The notes under the pieces were generated by a model. The model saw nothing but the letters and a program-made list of their open reading frames with translations, did no database searches and was not told the DNA's origin. The position numbers and the translations under genes are program-made. 64,000 bases of DNA from a virus: the IMG/VR virus record IMGVR_UViG_2924798928_000002; one strand, 5' to 3'. Positions 1 to 8,980 of the stretch are shown here, piece by piece (position 1 is the stretch's first letter; every line of letters starts with the position of its first letter).

Positions 1-401
1 TCGGCTTTCTTTTGTTGCCACAATGCCAACTTGTTTTTGACTTCGTCACGGCGGGCGACACCTTCCGTCCAATAGTCCCACAACGCCAAGAAACATTCCT
101 CTTGGTAATTTTCCAGGCGTTCTTTTAAATCGGCACGCACTTTGTTTGGATTAAGCCCAAATAACCACCCATTGAGTTTTTTAATCGGAATACATAACAT
201 TTCACGGTTTTTGCCATCTTTGGCAACCGTGGTGATATGTCCACAGTTGAATTTCTCACTCTGTTCCATCAGTTTTTTATGCTGACCTTTCCAGTCTAAC
301 CCAATTCCCTCAACAATCTCACGCATTGCTACATAAGCCACGCCGTTGTTATCCACTAAAGTAACTTCTTTACCTAAAAATTCTGCAGTTAATGTTTGCA
401 T
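1..401 (-). CDS. Phage antirepressor, P22 Ant N-terminal domain (runs off window edge)
   Basis: Manual translation MQTLTAEFLGKEVTLVDNNGVAYVAMREIVEGIGLDW...MLCIPIKKLNGWLFG; paralogous to 1188-2078. Confidence 0.85.
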   Translation of the reverse strand, partial: MQTLTAEFLGKEVTLVDNNGVAYVAMREIVEGIGLDWKGQHKKLMEQSEKFNCGHITTVAKDGKNREMLCIPIKKLNGWLFGLNPNKVRADLKERLENYQEECFLALWDYWTEGVARRDEVKNKLALWQQKKA

Positions 402-405
402 ATTT

Positions 406-498
406 CTTCCTGTTTTCTCCACAAAAAGAGGCCTGTAAGAAGCAGTGAGTGGAGAAAGGAAGCACCGCTTGTCACGTGTACATCGCTATCTTACAGGC
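406..498 (-). promoter_or_regulatory. Structured leader with anti-RBS loop upstream of antirepressor
   Basis: Perfect 10-bp stem 431-440/489-498; enclosed 449-462 is complementary to the RBS region 406-422. Confidence 0.55.
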
Positions 499-645
499 AA
501 TAAAAAACCGCCCATAAGAGCGGTTGTTTGTTAGTATTATTGTGTTTATTCCATGTTGCAGGTAACCCCTACTCTATAGGAAAATCTAATGGTTGATCTC
601 CGTCATAGCGTCATATAAGATCTAATAAAAACATCAATAAATCTT

Positions 646-1026
646 ATGACTTTAAAATATCAACCAAAGGAAAAATCGGTTTTAATGTGTGACTTTTCTC
701 AATTCAAGTCACCAGAAATGACAAAGGTTCGCCCTGTTGTTGTCATAGCTCGACATAAGAGAAACAGAGAACTTGTTACTGTTATCCCATTGAGTACAAC
801 CGAACCTAATCCCCTAGAAAATTATCATTATGCGTTACCTGTAAATCCGCTACCAGACAAAGCAAATATTCAATGTTGGGCAAAGTGCGATATGGTTTAC
901 ACAGTGTCACTATCTAGGTTAGATCGATATAAGATTGATAAAAGAACCTATATCGTTCCTGTTGTGTGTGACGAAGATTTCCAGTTGATTAAAAATTGTA
1001 CTGCAATAGCCCTAAAACTAAGGTAA
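646..1026 (+). CDS. PemK/MazF-family endoribonuclease toxin (no adjacent protein antitoxin)
   Basis: PEMTKVRPVVVI and VIPLSTT motifs; promoter TTGATC(593)-17bp-TAAGAT(616). Confidence 0.85.
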   Translation: MTLKYQPKEKSVLMCDFSQFKSPEMTKVRPVVVIARHKRNRELVTVIPLSTTEPNPLENYHYALPVNPLPDKANIQCWAKCDMVYTVSLSRLDRYKIDKRTYIVPVVCDEDFQLIKNCTAIALKLR

Positions 1027-1034
1027 AATCTTAC

Positions 1035-1150
1035 CCGTACCCGAGAGGGGCTTGCAAAACCAATTTGAAAAACAGTTGGTCGATTAAACAAAGGCGATAA
1101 CAAGCCAGTTTAATCGTGAAGTGGGGAGCATTAGGCTCCCCTTTGTTTTT
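1035..1150 (+). ncRNA. Candidate structured small RNA downstream of PemK toxin
   Basis: -10 TAAAAT overlaps the toxin stop codon; several stems; intrinsic terminator 1123-1150. Confidence 0.45.
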
Positions 1151-1161
1151 CTTCTTTCCCA

Positions 1162-1170
1162 AAGTGCGGT
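1162..1170 (+). repeat. Pasteurellaceae DNA uptake signal sequence (one example of many)
   Basis: AAGTGCGGT; further copies near 11828, 15570, 21119, 31247, 34536, 40602, 41530, 43316, and on the - strand near 57565. Confidence 0.85.
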
Positions 1171-1187
1171 CTAAATTCTGTTATGTT

Positions 1188-2078
1188 TTAGAGAATGTCT
1201 AGCTGAAATCCTGTTGCTTTAGGGTTGTAGGCTCTAAGATATTTTAAGACACGCCAGTTATTGCCTTGTTTGTACTCAAATTTTTCAGTGATTCGCTCTA
1301 ATACTTTTTGCGCCTGACGAAGAGTGCTGCGATATTCGTAAGCCATGTCATGAACTGGTGCAGCGTAATGCGAACCAATTTGTTTTAATGCAGGGAGAAG
1401 ATTTTGGCAGAGTTCGGTGCCACGCAATAAAGCAAACCACGCCCACACAAGCTGTTGTAGGTCATGCTCTGTAAATTCACGGATGAATAGCTCATCTTTT
1501 TTCTGTTCAGTGATAAGCTCACCCTCAAGCACAATTCTGTGAACATACTCTACCGCTTGAGGTAACTGCTCTAATGTTAAATCTTCGATGCTTTCCACAT
1601 TAAAGCGTTGATGGATTAAATGGTAAGCATCGGAATAAATTAATCCCTTTTTGCTCACGAGCATATTCACGGCATTGCGCAGGCCAGTGCGATCATCTAC
1701 CGTGGTTTTACGTTCAGCCTTACCATTAAACCAATAATCATGTAACGCTTGGTAACACTCTTTTTTGTATTTGATTAATGTGTCACGGATTTCTGGGTTA
1801 CAACGATTAATATCAATTCCAAATAACCAACCGTTTAGGTATTGAATAGGAAGACATAGCATTTCACGATTTTTCTCATCTTCTGCAACTGTGGTTATGA
1901 TAACCACGGTTGAACATAATACTTCATCTCTCACTATTCTTTGGCGTTGCGCGCGCCAGTCAATGCCGATATTTTCACAAATAGGCTTCATAGCAACATA
2001 GTGATTGCCATTTTGTTCAACGGTAATTAATGACTGATTGTTGAATGAAATTGTTTGGGTTGAGATTTGATTAGACAT
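1188..2078 (-). CDS. Phage antirepressor (P22 Ant N- and C-terminal domains)
   Basis: YVAMKPICENIGIDW and LNGWLFGI motifs; C-terminal ELQQLVW-like P22AR-C region. Confidence 0.88.
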   Translation of the reverse strand: MSNQISTQTISFNNQSLITVEQNGNHYVAMKPICENIGIDWRAQRQRIVRDEVLCSTVVIITTVAEDEKNREMLCLPIQYLNGWLFGIDINRCNPEIRDTLIKYKKECYQALHDYWFNGKAERKTTVDDRTGLRNAVNMLVSKKGLIYSDAYHLIHQRFNVESIEDLTLEQLPQAVEYVHRIVLEGELITEQKKDELFIREFTEHDLQQLVWAWFALLRGTELCQNLLPALKQIGSHYAAPVHDMAYEYRSTLRQAQKVLERITEKFEYKQGNNWRVLKYLRAYNPKATGFQLDIL

Positions 2079-2131
2079 AGAATGTCTCCTTTGGATTTTT
2101 TTTACGAAATTAAGATTTACCCTAAATAGGG

Positions 2132-2208
2132 TGCCAAGAGGTTCGTAAACCGTCCAAAGTCGGCTGGAGTTATTCCCCGAAGGTCTTTTATTCCTCGCCC
2201 TCTCGGCA
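2132..2208 (-). ncRNA. C4-like antisense RNA controlling the antirepressor
   Basis: 77 nt, ends pair (TGCCGAGAGG/CCTCTTGGCA); elements CTTTGGA and TTACGAA are complementary to targets at 2089-2108 (RBS) and 2317-2337. Confidence 0.7.
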
Positions 2209-2369
2209 TAGATAAGATGTGGTTATGCGCAATGAATGTTTAATGGCAATAAACAAACAAGGTTACTAAATTTCACGCATAAAAAAACCGCTATGCTATC
2301 GGGAGCGGACTAACCGCTTTGGATTTAAGGCTACGACACCTTGAGCAGATAACTATCTGCTTGATAAAA

Positions 2370-2410
2370 ATCATAATGAAAAAGCCCCTTGGGTGTCAAG
2401 GGGCTTTTTG
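2370..2410 (-). promoter_or_regulatory. Overlapping terminator hairpin and sigma70 promoter for the C4-antirepressor unit
   Basis: AAAAAGCCCCTTG...CAAGGGGCTTTTT palindrome containing TTGACA-18bp-TATGAT on the - strand. Confidence 0.55.
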
Positions 2411-2413
2411 TAA

Positions 2414-2872
2414 TTATTCACTTTTAATTTTGGGCGTTCGTCTATGGATTACAACTACTTTACTTTTTTCAGGATTTTTCTGCTCAAGCAATTCAACTTT
2501 CTTATATTCAATCTTCGTTTCTCTTGCGAGTGCAATAGCAAAACGATATTCAGCATTGGCTTTGGAATTATGTTCGTTAATTTGATTTAATCTTTCTCTC
2601 GCTAGTTGCTTTTCTTCCGCAGTAATTAACCTCACTTTTGAACCATTAACATCTCTGATCCATTTTCTACGAACAAAACGTTTTAAATAGCTAGGTGAAT
2701 CTAAATAATATCGCATAGCACTTCGAACCACTTTTGATAACTCATCATCACCAAGTACGACAAGCATATCATCGATAATTGTAGGAACTAGTGGTTTAGT
2801 ATCGAAAAAGACATTTGGAAACCGTTCTTTTAACTTAGCTAAATTTGCTTTGATATTATCTTTTCGACCCAT
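2414..2872 (-). CDS. ProQ/FinO-domain RNA-binding protein
   Basis: LKERFPNVFF..KPL, YYLDSPSYLK, RDVNG..V..ITAEE pattern typical of the FinO domain. Confidence 0.8.
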   Translation of the reverse strand: MGRKDNIKANLAKLKERFPNVFFDTKPLVPTIIDDMLVVLGDDELSKVVRSAMRYYLDSPSYLKRFVRRKWIRDVNGSKVRLITAEEKQLARERLNQINEHNSKANAEYRFAIALARETKIEYKKVELLEQKNPEKSKVVVIHRRTPKIKSE

Positions 2873-2997
2873 ATCTTACCCCATAAAAAAAACAGCTTCC
2901 ATTGGGAAGCTTTTTGGTTAAGGTTTCGACACCTTAAAGCTAGATTATCTAGCTTGGGGAGGATACTAAGCTTTAAATTTTGCTCTGTCAACTAATA

Positions 2998-3261
2998 TTA
3001 GTTTTTTGTTTCTGGGGTAAGATTGCCGTTTACAATATCAAATGCCCTATGATAACAATCGTAAAGAATTGAATACGCCATATCTGCATTTTTATCACGT
3101 TTTCCATTTTCTAATATATCCAACACCTCTTTTACGGCTTCAAGAGCTGATAATAAATTTTGTTTGGATTGAGAATCATTTTTTGTTGTCATTGCTAAAT
3201 TAATGATCCCTGTACAAGCATTTAATGCTAGTTTTATTGCATTAATATCTTTAATTTCCAT
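2998..3261 (-). CDS. Hypothetical protein
   Basis: 87-aa ORF coupled to the upstream ORF. Confidence 0.55.
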   Translation of the reverse strand: MEIKDINAIKLALNACTGIINLAMTTKNDSQSKQNLLSALEAVKEVLDILENGKRDKNADMAYSILYDCYHRAFDIVNGNLTPETKN

Positions 3262-3685
3262 ATTTTCCCCATACTCTTTTATTTAATGCATCACGTAAAT
3301 GCCGCCCTGTTTCTTCCCAAGCATTGTTAAAATATTTATACTCATTCGGCTCTATTTCAATTGTAGAAGATACGGAAACAACGGGGGCAATATTTAATAT
3401 GGAACCAAACCCCAACAAGAAATTGCTAATGCAATGGGTGTGTTTAGGTTTTTTCATATCCGTTTCCTTAAAAAAGTTAAAAATCCCTCCTTCAGCACAA
3501 AAACAAAAGCCCACAAAACCAAGGTTATTTGCTGTGTGGCGGTTGGTAATAGTATAAGCAACAGGGAAAGGTTTTTGAGTAATTGGGCTGTTCCAAATTT
3601 CATGGCTGCCCTTTCCCTGACGCAAGAATGTGCAACCATATTGCTTGAGTATTTTTATAAGCTGATCGTAATACCCACTGCCCAT
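3251..3685 (-). pseudogene. HicA-family toxin truncated and fused in frame to an unrelated small ORF
   Basis: RQGKGSHEIW...NRHTAN, then the usual ILKQAG end is missing; second ORF MKKPKHTH... starts near 3457. Confidence 0.65.
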
Positions 3686-3687
3686 CG

Positions 3688-3960
3688 TTACATCTCCAAA
3701 CGTTGGAAATCCGCGTGACTTTCAGTTTGGATAAAGGCAAGGCGGATATTATCACTTTCACTGCCGTAACCTTGTAATTCATGCATTTCAGGTGCAATTT
3801 CCCATACGCGTTGTTGCAATTCTTCATAGGTGCGACCTTCAGTGACAAGATGCAACTTATCGCACGTGCCAATCCACGCGGGGATATTATCTTCTACATC
3901 ATACATCACTTCCACGACATAAGGCGGACTGATTCTATCCAAGCGTTTCTTCACTGACAT
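3688..3960 (-). CDS. DUF1902/HicB-like antitoxin
   Basis: VMYDVEDNIPAWIGTCDKLHLVTEGRTYEELQQRV motif; directly upstream of hicA. Confidence 0.75.
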   Translation of the reverse strand: MSVKKRLDRISPPYVVEVMYDVEDNIPAWIGTCDKLHLVTEGRTYEELQQRVWEIAPEMHELQGYGSESDNIRLAFIQTESHADFQRLEM

Positions 3961-4267
3961 GAGCGTATCCTCAATGGTTATGCCGAAATTTGAGGTGAAT
4001 ACATTACACTTTTTATTAGACATTATAAGCCTTCTTTTTATCTAACATATTTCTCTAATCAACATAAAAACACTCACCCAAAATGAAGTGAACGGGTAAA
4101 TTTATGTGCTATTAAAGGTTAAATAACAGTGATTGAAATAGTTCAAACTGTATCGAATGATAGATGAAAAGTTTTATCTTGACAAGAAATTGCTTGCAAT
4201 GACTAAAAAAGAATAAAATCTTACCGCATGAAAAAGCCCCTTTGTAGTCAAGGGGAAATCATTGCGA

Positions 4268-4468
4268 TTAAACAACTTCCTCAAACTCACAAGTAAATAT
4301 CGTGTCAACCTTGCCAACTTGACGAGGAAACTTAGGACATATCACTTTCACTAACTCGCCATTAAGTGCAGAATCCCTAAAATAAAATGGGTAAACACCA
4401 CTGTGTTCTTTCATAAAATTTCTAAATTTCTCTGCTTCTTCGTGTTTGAGTTTGTAGGTAACCGAATA
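4268..4468 (-). pseudogene. C-terminal remnant of a lambda gpM-like minor tail gene
   Basis: YSVTYKLKHEEAEKFRNFMKEHSGVYPFYF...IFTCEFEEVV*; parallels the C-terminal half of 8256-8588. Confidence 0.65.
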
Positions 4469-4927
4469 TTATTTCTTAAGTAAAGCGGGTAATTTCTTAT
4501 CAAGAACTTCTTGGAGCTCATTTCTTGCGTTATTGCTATCCAATTGCATTTTATTAATTTGCCCAAAAGCCATCTGAGATTCAGACCAAGCATTAGCCCA
4601 AACCTTTGTTCCGTTTCTAAACTTACTAATGGAATATCTAACTTTTAACTGTGGTGTAGTGGAGTACGAATTACCGATCATCATTTGCATCATGATAGCT
4701 CCGCCTCCCTCCATTTCTTTTGAACAAATAACATAATTTTTAGCCTGTTCTTCAATAACATATCCTTTGTCATTGCAATGTTGAACAATCGCGTCAGCAA
4801 CTTGTTCAGGTGTATATTGGGGATATTCACCCTCTGCTTTTCCTGACGCTGTTTGTTTTTTTAACGGTTCTTGAGCACACCCTACCAATAATGCGCAAGC
4901 TAACCCAGTTAATAATAATTTTTTCAT
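4469..4927 (-). CDS. Lipoprotein moron (possible superinfection exclusion)
   Basis: Signal peptide with LVGC lipobox; RBS GAGGAGG. Confidence 0.75.
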   Translation of the reverse strand: MKKLLLTGLACALLVGCAQEPLKKQTASGKAEGEYPQYTPEQVADAIVQHCNDKGYVIEEQAKNYVICSKEMEGGGAIMMQMMIGNSYSTTPQLKVRYSISKFRNGTKVWANAWSESQMAFGQINKMQLDSNNARNELQEVLDKKLPALLKK

Positions 4928-5021
4928 GCAACCTCCTCTGAAAATATGGTCGGTTGCATTTTATTTTGAAAACATCAAAAAAACGTTGAACAAGATCACA
5001 AAATGGAAAATTCGCCTAAAA

Positions 5022-8000
5022 TTAGGCGAACATTCCACCCGGTCGCATATTTTGTTGCATTATTGTTCCTGCCTCTTTTCGAGCAATGGCTTGCACTAAT
5101 TCCACAGTAATTTCTAAGCCGCCACTGGTCTCTTTGGTTTCCACGTTGGCGTTTGTTGGCTCACCGTTGTTGATGATGTTTACCTTCACGCCCCGATTAT
5201 TCGCATTCATTGGTGTGCTTGGTGCGTATCCACCCACTGAACCGCCGTTTGCGTAGCCCTGTGGTTTAGCCTTGCGTTGATAGTTGAGCTGATCGAGGTA
5301 ATTCACACCCAAACGGCTTACTGCTTCTTTGGTAAAGACATATTCGCCTTTGTGAACAATGCCAGCTGGCGTATATTTTCCTCCTTGGCCAGTAAATCCC
5401 CCTTCATCAAATCCAACGAGTCCACCAGTATATTTTGATTCAGGGACTAAACCGCCTCCAGAGAACCCGAAATATTTGCCAAAAGGTGTTCCTTTGAACG
5501 CAGCCTCGAGTGATGCAAAAATCATCATTTTTACAATCATTGATGTGATATCTTTAATCACTGATTGTGCAAAGCCTCGGAAATTTCCTTTACCAGTTAA
5601 TACGAAATTAGTTACGGCATCCGACATTCCATTAAACGCATTTAACGTGATTTGAGATACGTTGCCCATTACATCTTCCACCGTGTTTCGGAATTTTTGG
5701 AAACCATCTCTAAATCCTGCCACTGGATCGCCTTTTAGTAATTCGGCTTGTTTAGCTTGTTCTTCTTTTAAGCGTTTAATTTTATCAATCATCTGCTCAA
5801 GTAAGGCAATATTTTCTTGCGTCATGCCTTTGCGCAATTTTGCCGTCTCAAGCTCTAGTTGATGATTAAAACGTAACTGATCTACCGCTTCACTTGTTTG
5901 ACCAATAAGCGTCAATTCAAATTGTCGAGCCTCAATCTGCTCTTTGTAATTGTCACCTAAATCGCGGATTGCAACTTGTTGCTGCCCACTGTCAATTTCA
6001 CTGGCAAGGCGTTTTAGATTAGCCAGTCCTTCTGCACCAAAGTGCGCATATTTTTCACCATTGGCAGCAATATCGTTTGTGAGTTTTTTTAACTCTTGAT
6101 ATTGGCTAATTCCACCATCTTGCAGATTGGCTTTTATGTCCGCTAGGCGTTGTTGGAGTTGGGTCACTTGATCAGTGTACTGTTTGACATAATCAACTTT
6201 ATTCCCACTCCCCTTATTCTCTCTAGCTAACGCATTGGCTTGATATTCTTTTTCGATTGCATCAAGTTCAGGCTTACTATATTTACCTTGCTCAGAAAGC
6301 CGTTTAATATATTTTTCTGTTTCTCCCGCTGCTCTTTCTTGCGGCGTTTTTGCATTAGCAATTTTTCGATCAAGGCGAAGATCGTCAATAACCTTTTGAG
6401 CATCTGCGCCAATACCTGCAGTTTCTTCTTTTACGCCAATTACACCGCTAAGTAGCAATCTTGCCTTTTGCGCCGCCTGAGCTAATGCATCAGCCATCCC
6501 TAAGATTTTACCATTGGCGTCTGGTAACAAATCTTTAAAGTCTTCTGTTGAAAGTTTTAACTCAACAAATTTGTCTTTATTAAATTGCAATTCAGGGTAG
6601 AGCTTTTCTACGCTCTCTTTCAAACGTTGAACTGACTCCTCTGCACCAATAGATTTTAAATCTCGCTCTGACTTCGCTAACTGCTGATTAGCTGAATCTA
6701 TTTCGCCTTTCTTGATTTTTAAATCTTCAAGAAGTTGATTATAGCGTTTCAGTGCATATTGATTTTGCCAAAGGTTCCCCTCATCCATACTTTTAGTTTG
6801 AATCGATAATGCGCGCTCCATTCTTGATTTTTCTTCAATCAATGATTGGATTTGATTCTTCTGCTCTGCCATAGAACGCTTCAATTTTGCGCTCATTGCT
6901 TCTAGCTGATTTGCAGTCAATTTTTGTAACGCATCACTTGTCACATCAAGACTTTTCGCATAATCAAGATTTTCCTGTTTGGCTTGCTCTGCATTTTGTT
7001 TCCAGGTATAAAATGCCCCCGCCCCCAAAGTAAGCGCAGTGGTGACCAGTCCAATAGGTCCACCTAATAGACTTAAAACACCACTTGATGCTCGCCCAGC
7101 CAAAGATAGTTTTTGTTTAGCAAGCGCTGCCCTTTCTGTAGCCTCTCTCTCTGCGTTCATTAATACTGTAAGTTGAGAGGCTTGGGTGGCCATTTGACCA
7201 CGTAGCGCCATTCTTGTTTGTTCTGATTGAGCTAAACTTAATTGGGCGCGTAAAGACTGCATTTGTATTTGTGCTAGTCTTAATTCAGCCGTAGCTTGAA
7301 CAGATGTAGCCTGCGCAACCTCTAAAGCCGCAACAGCCTCTTGCCGTTTAGTTAATACAGACTTAATCCCTGCGACAGAGGCTTTACCTAATTGTCCTAG
7401 CAGAACCGAACCAATCACCACCGAAAGATAGTCAATATTTTTGGCTAAAAATGAGACAGATGCAGCCATCCCATCAAAGATACCACTGCGATTACCGACA
7501 TCATCAACAAATTTAAGTGTTTGGTTTTTCAATTGAGTCATTGCCTGACCAAAAGTCAAAGGCATTTTTTCAAAATCTGCTGAAATTTTCTCAGTTGCGC
7601 CTGTAATAGCTTCAAATAACAATTGAGAGGTGATTTTACCTTCAGAAGCAAGTTGTTTCACTTCTGAACGGGTTTTCCCCATATATTGCGCAACAACATC
7701 TAAAATAATGGGGGCGCTTTCAGCAATAGTACGGAACTCGTCACCTTGTAACCGACCTGAACCTAATGCTTGTGAAAGCTGGAAAAGTGCACTCGCCTGC
7801 TCTTGTGCGCCCACTCCACCTACTGCCATCGCTTTATTTAACGTTTCAGTAAAAGTTAGAATCCGCTCTTGGCTATAACCGTAATCTTTCAATGCTCGAG
7901 CAGAGCGAGCGTAAATTGTGGTTGTTGCCTCTAAATCAGCGCGTGTGCGTTGCGAAATAGAGAAAAGCTGGCTTTGAACAGCTTTATATTCTTCAAATGA

Positions 8001-8246
8001 ATTCGTGACAAATTTCACCTGGGCAGCAAGGGTTTTCATTTTGTCGGACATTTGAATAAATTGCCCAAGGCCTTGAATTCCCAATCCAGCTGTCATTAAG
8101 ACTTTTAATTTACCCATTACGCCTAAAAGAGATTGCACTGAGCGCTCAGTAGATTTTGCGTTATCCGTCACCGAACGAATATCACGATTAACTTTATCAA
8201 CCCCTATAGAACGTAACTCTATGCCTAATTGTGCGAAATCTGCCAT
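5022..8246 (-). CDS. Tail tape measure protein (lambda-family C-terminus)
   Basis: 1074 aa, Ala-rich coiled coil; QLSQALGSGRLQGDEF; GGKYTPAGIVHKGEYV. Confidence 0.93.
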   Translation of the reverse strand: MADFAQLGIELRSIGVDKVNRDIRSVTDNAKSTERSVQSLLGVMGKLKVLMTAGLGIQGLGQFIQMSDKMKTLAAQVKFVTNSFEEYKAVQSQLFSISQRTRADLEATTTIYARSARALKDYGYSQERILTFTETLNKAMAVGGVGAQEQASALFQLSQALGSGRLQGDEFRTIAESAPIILDVVAQYMGKTRSEVKQLASEGKITSQLLFEAITGATEKISADFEKMPLTFGQAMTQLKNQTLKFVDDVGNRSGIFDGMAASVSFLAKNIDYLSVVIGSVLLGQLGKASVAGIKSVLTKRQEAVAALEVAQATSVQATAELRLAQIQMQSLRAQLSLAQSEQTRMALRGQMATQASQLTVLMNAEREATERAALAKQKLSLAGRASSGVLSLLGGPIGLVTTALTLGAGAFYTWKQNAEQAKQENLDYAKSLDVTSDALQKLTANQLEAMSAKLKRSMAEQKNQIQSLIEEKSRMERALSIQTKSMDEGNLWQNQYALKRYNQLLEDLKIKKGEIDSANQQLAKSERDLKSIGAEESVQRLKESVEKLYPELQFNKDKFVELKLSTEDFKDLLPDANGKILGMADALAQAAQKARLLLSGVIGVKEETAGIGADAQKVIDDLRLDRKIANAKTPQERAAGETEKYIKRLSEQGKYSKPELDAIEKEYQANALARENKGSGNKVDYVKQYTDQVTQLQQRLADIKANLQDGGISQYQELKKLTNDIAANGEKYAHFGAEGLANLKRLASEIDSGQQQVAIRDLGDNYKEQIEARQFELTLIGQTSEAVDQLRFNHQLELETAKLRKGMTQENIALLEQMIDKIKRLKEEQAKQAELLKGDPVAGFRDGFQKFRNTVEDVMGNVSQITLNAFNGMSDAVTNFVLTGKGNFRGFAQSVIKDITSMIVKMMIFASLEAAFKGTPFGKYFGFSGGGLVPESKYTGGLVGFDEGGFTGQGGKYTPAGIVHKGEYVFTKEAVSRLGVNYLDQLNYQRKAKPQGYANGGSVGGYAPSTPMNANNRGVKVNIINNGEPTNANVETKETSGGLEITVELVQAIARKEAGTIMQQNMRPGGMFA

Positions 8247-8255
8247 AATTTACCT

Positions 8256-8588
8256 CTATGCAACAACTTCCTTAAAGGTTGCTGTTAGCGTGCTATATCC
8301 TGTTTTTTTAGTTTCATCCCATTCACCACAGGTAAACAATCCTTTTTTATCTCCGTAAGGTTGCCACGAAAAGGCTGTCACCCCACGACATTCATCAAGG
8401 AACATATCTATTGCCTTGATCTTTTCTTCTGAACCACTAAAGACTACATCGTAGGTTCTTAGGTTATTATTAATGCCATCTGATTGTCGCTGTTCATAAC
8501 CGTCACCAAATCGAATTGTATTTACATTCGGCTTTTTTTTCCGCTTCATATTCCAATCGGCTTGCCAAGTAAATTCTTTCATATTCAT
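8256..8588 (-). CDS. Minor tail protein (lambda gpM-like)
   Basis: FGDGYEQR..DGINN motif. Confidence 0.85.
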   Translation of the reverse strand: MNMKEFTWQADWNMKRKKKPNVNTIRFGDGYEQRQSDGINNNLRTYDVVFSGSEEKIKAIDMFLDECRGVTAFSWQPYGDKKGLFTCGEWDETKKTGYSTLTATFKEVVA

Positions 8589-8620
8589 TCCTTAGTTAAG
8601 GATTCAAGCCGAACCTTGAG

Positions 8621-8980
8621 CTATTCAGCTTGAATATTCAACCACAATATATCAAGTCGTTTAATTACCTCAACCTCCCATCTTGCCAATGAAGTATTAG
8701 CCAATTGAGACCATGCCAATATTTCACTAAAAGTAATAGGATTAGCGGACATTCCGCACTGACGGGAGGAGGATACGGCATAAAAATACTCAAGCAAATA
8801 ACCCACCGCGATATTGGGCGGAGAGTTATTTAGCTCTTCGGGCGTTATACCTAATTGTTGCTCAATAACTTGAAGATGCTCGCGTTGTGTCGCTTTGGAA
8901 TTGTCTGGTCGTTTATCAAGACGAAATTCTGCCTGAGCAAACTCGTAGAGATGTTCGATCAGGCCTTCAAGAAATTTCCC
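8621..8980 (-). CDS. Tail assembly chaperone -1 frameshift extension (G-T type)
   Basis: Slippery GGGAAATTTC at 8971-8980; -1 frame open to 8621 (PITFSEILAW...EVEVIKRLD). Confidence 0.75.
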   Translation of the reverse strand, partial: GKFLEGLIEHLYEFAQAEFRLDKRPDNSKATQREHLQVIEQQLGITPEELNNSPPNIAVGYLLEYFYAVSSSRQCGMSANPITFSEILAWSQLANTSLARWEVEVIKRLDILWLNIQAE

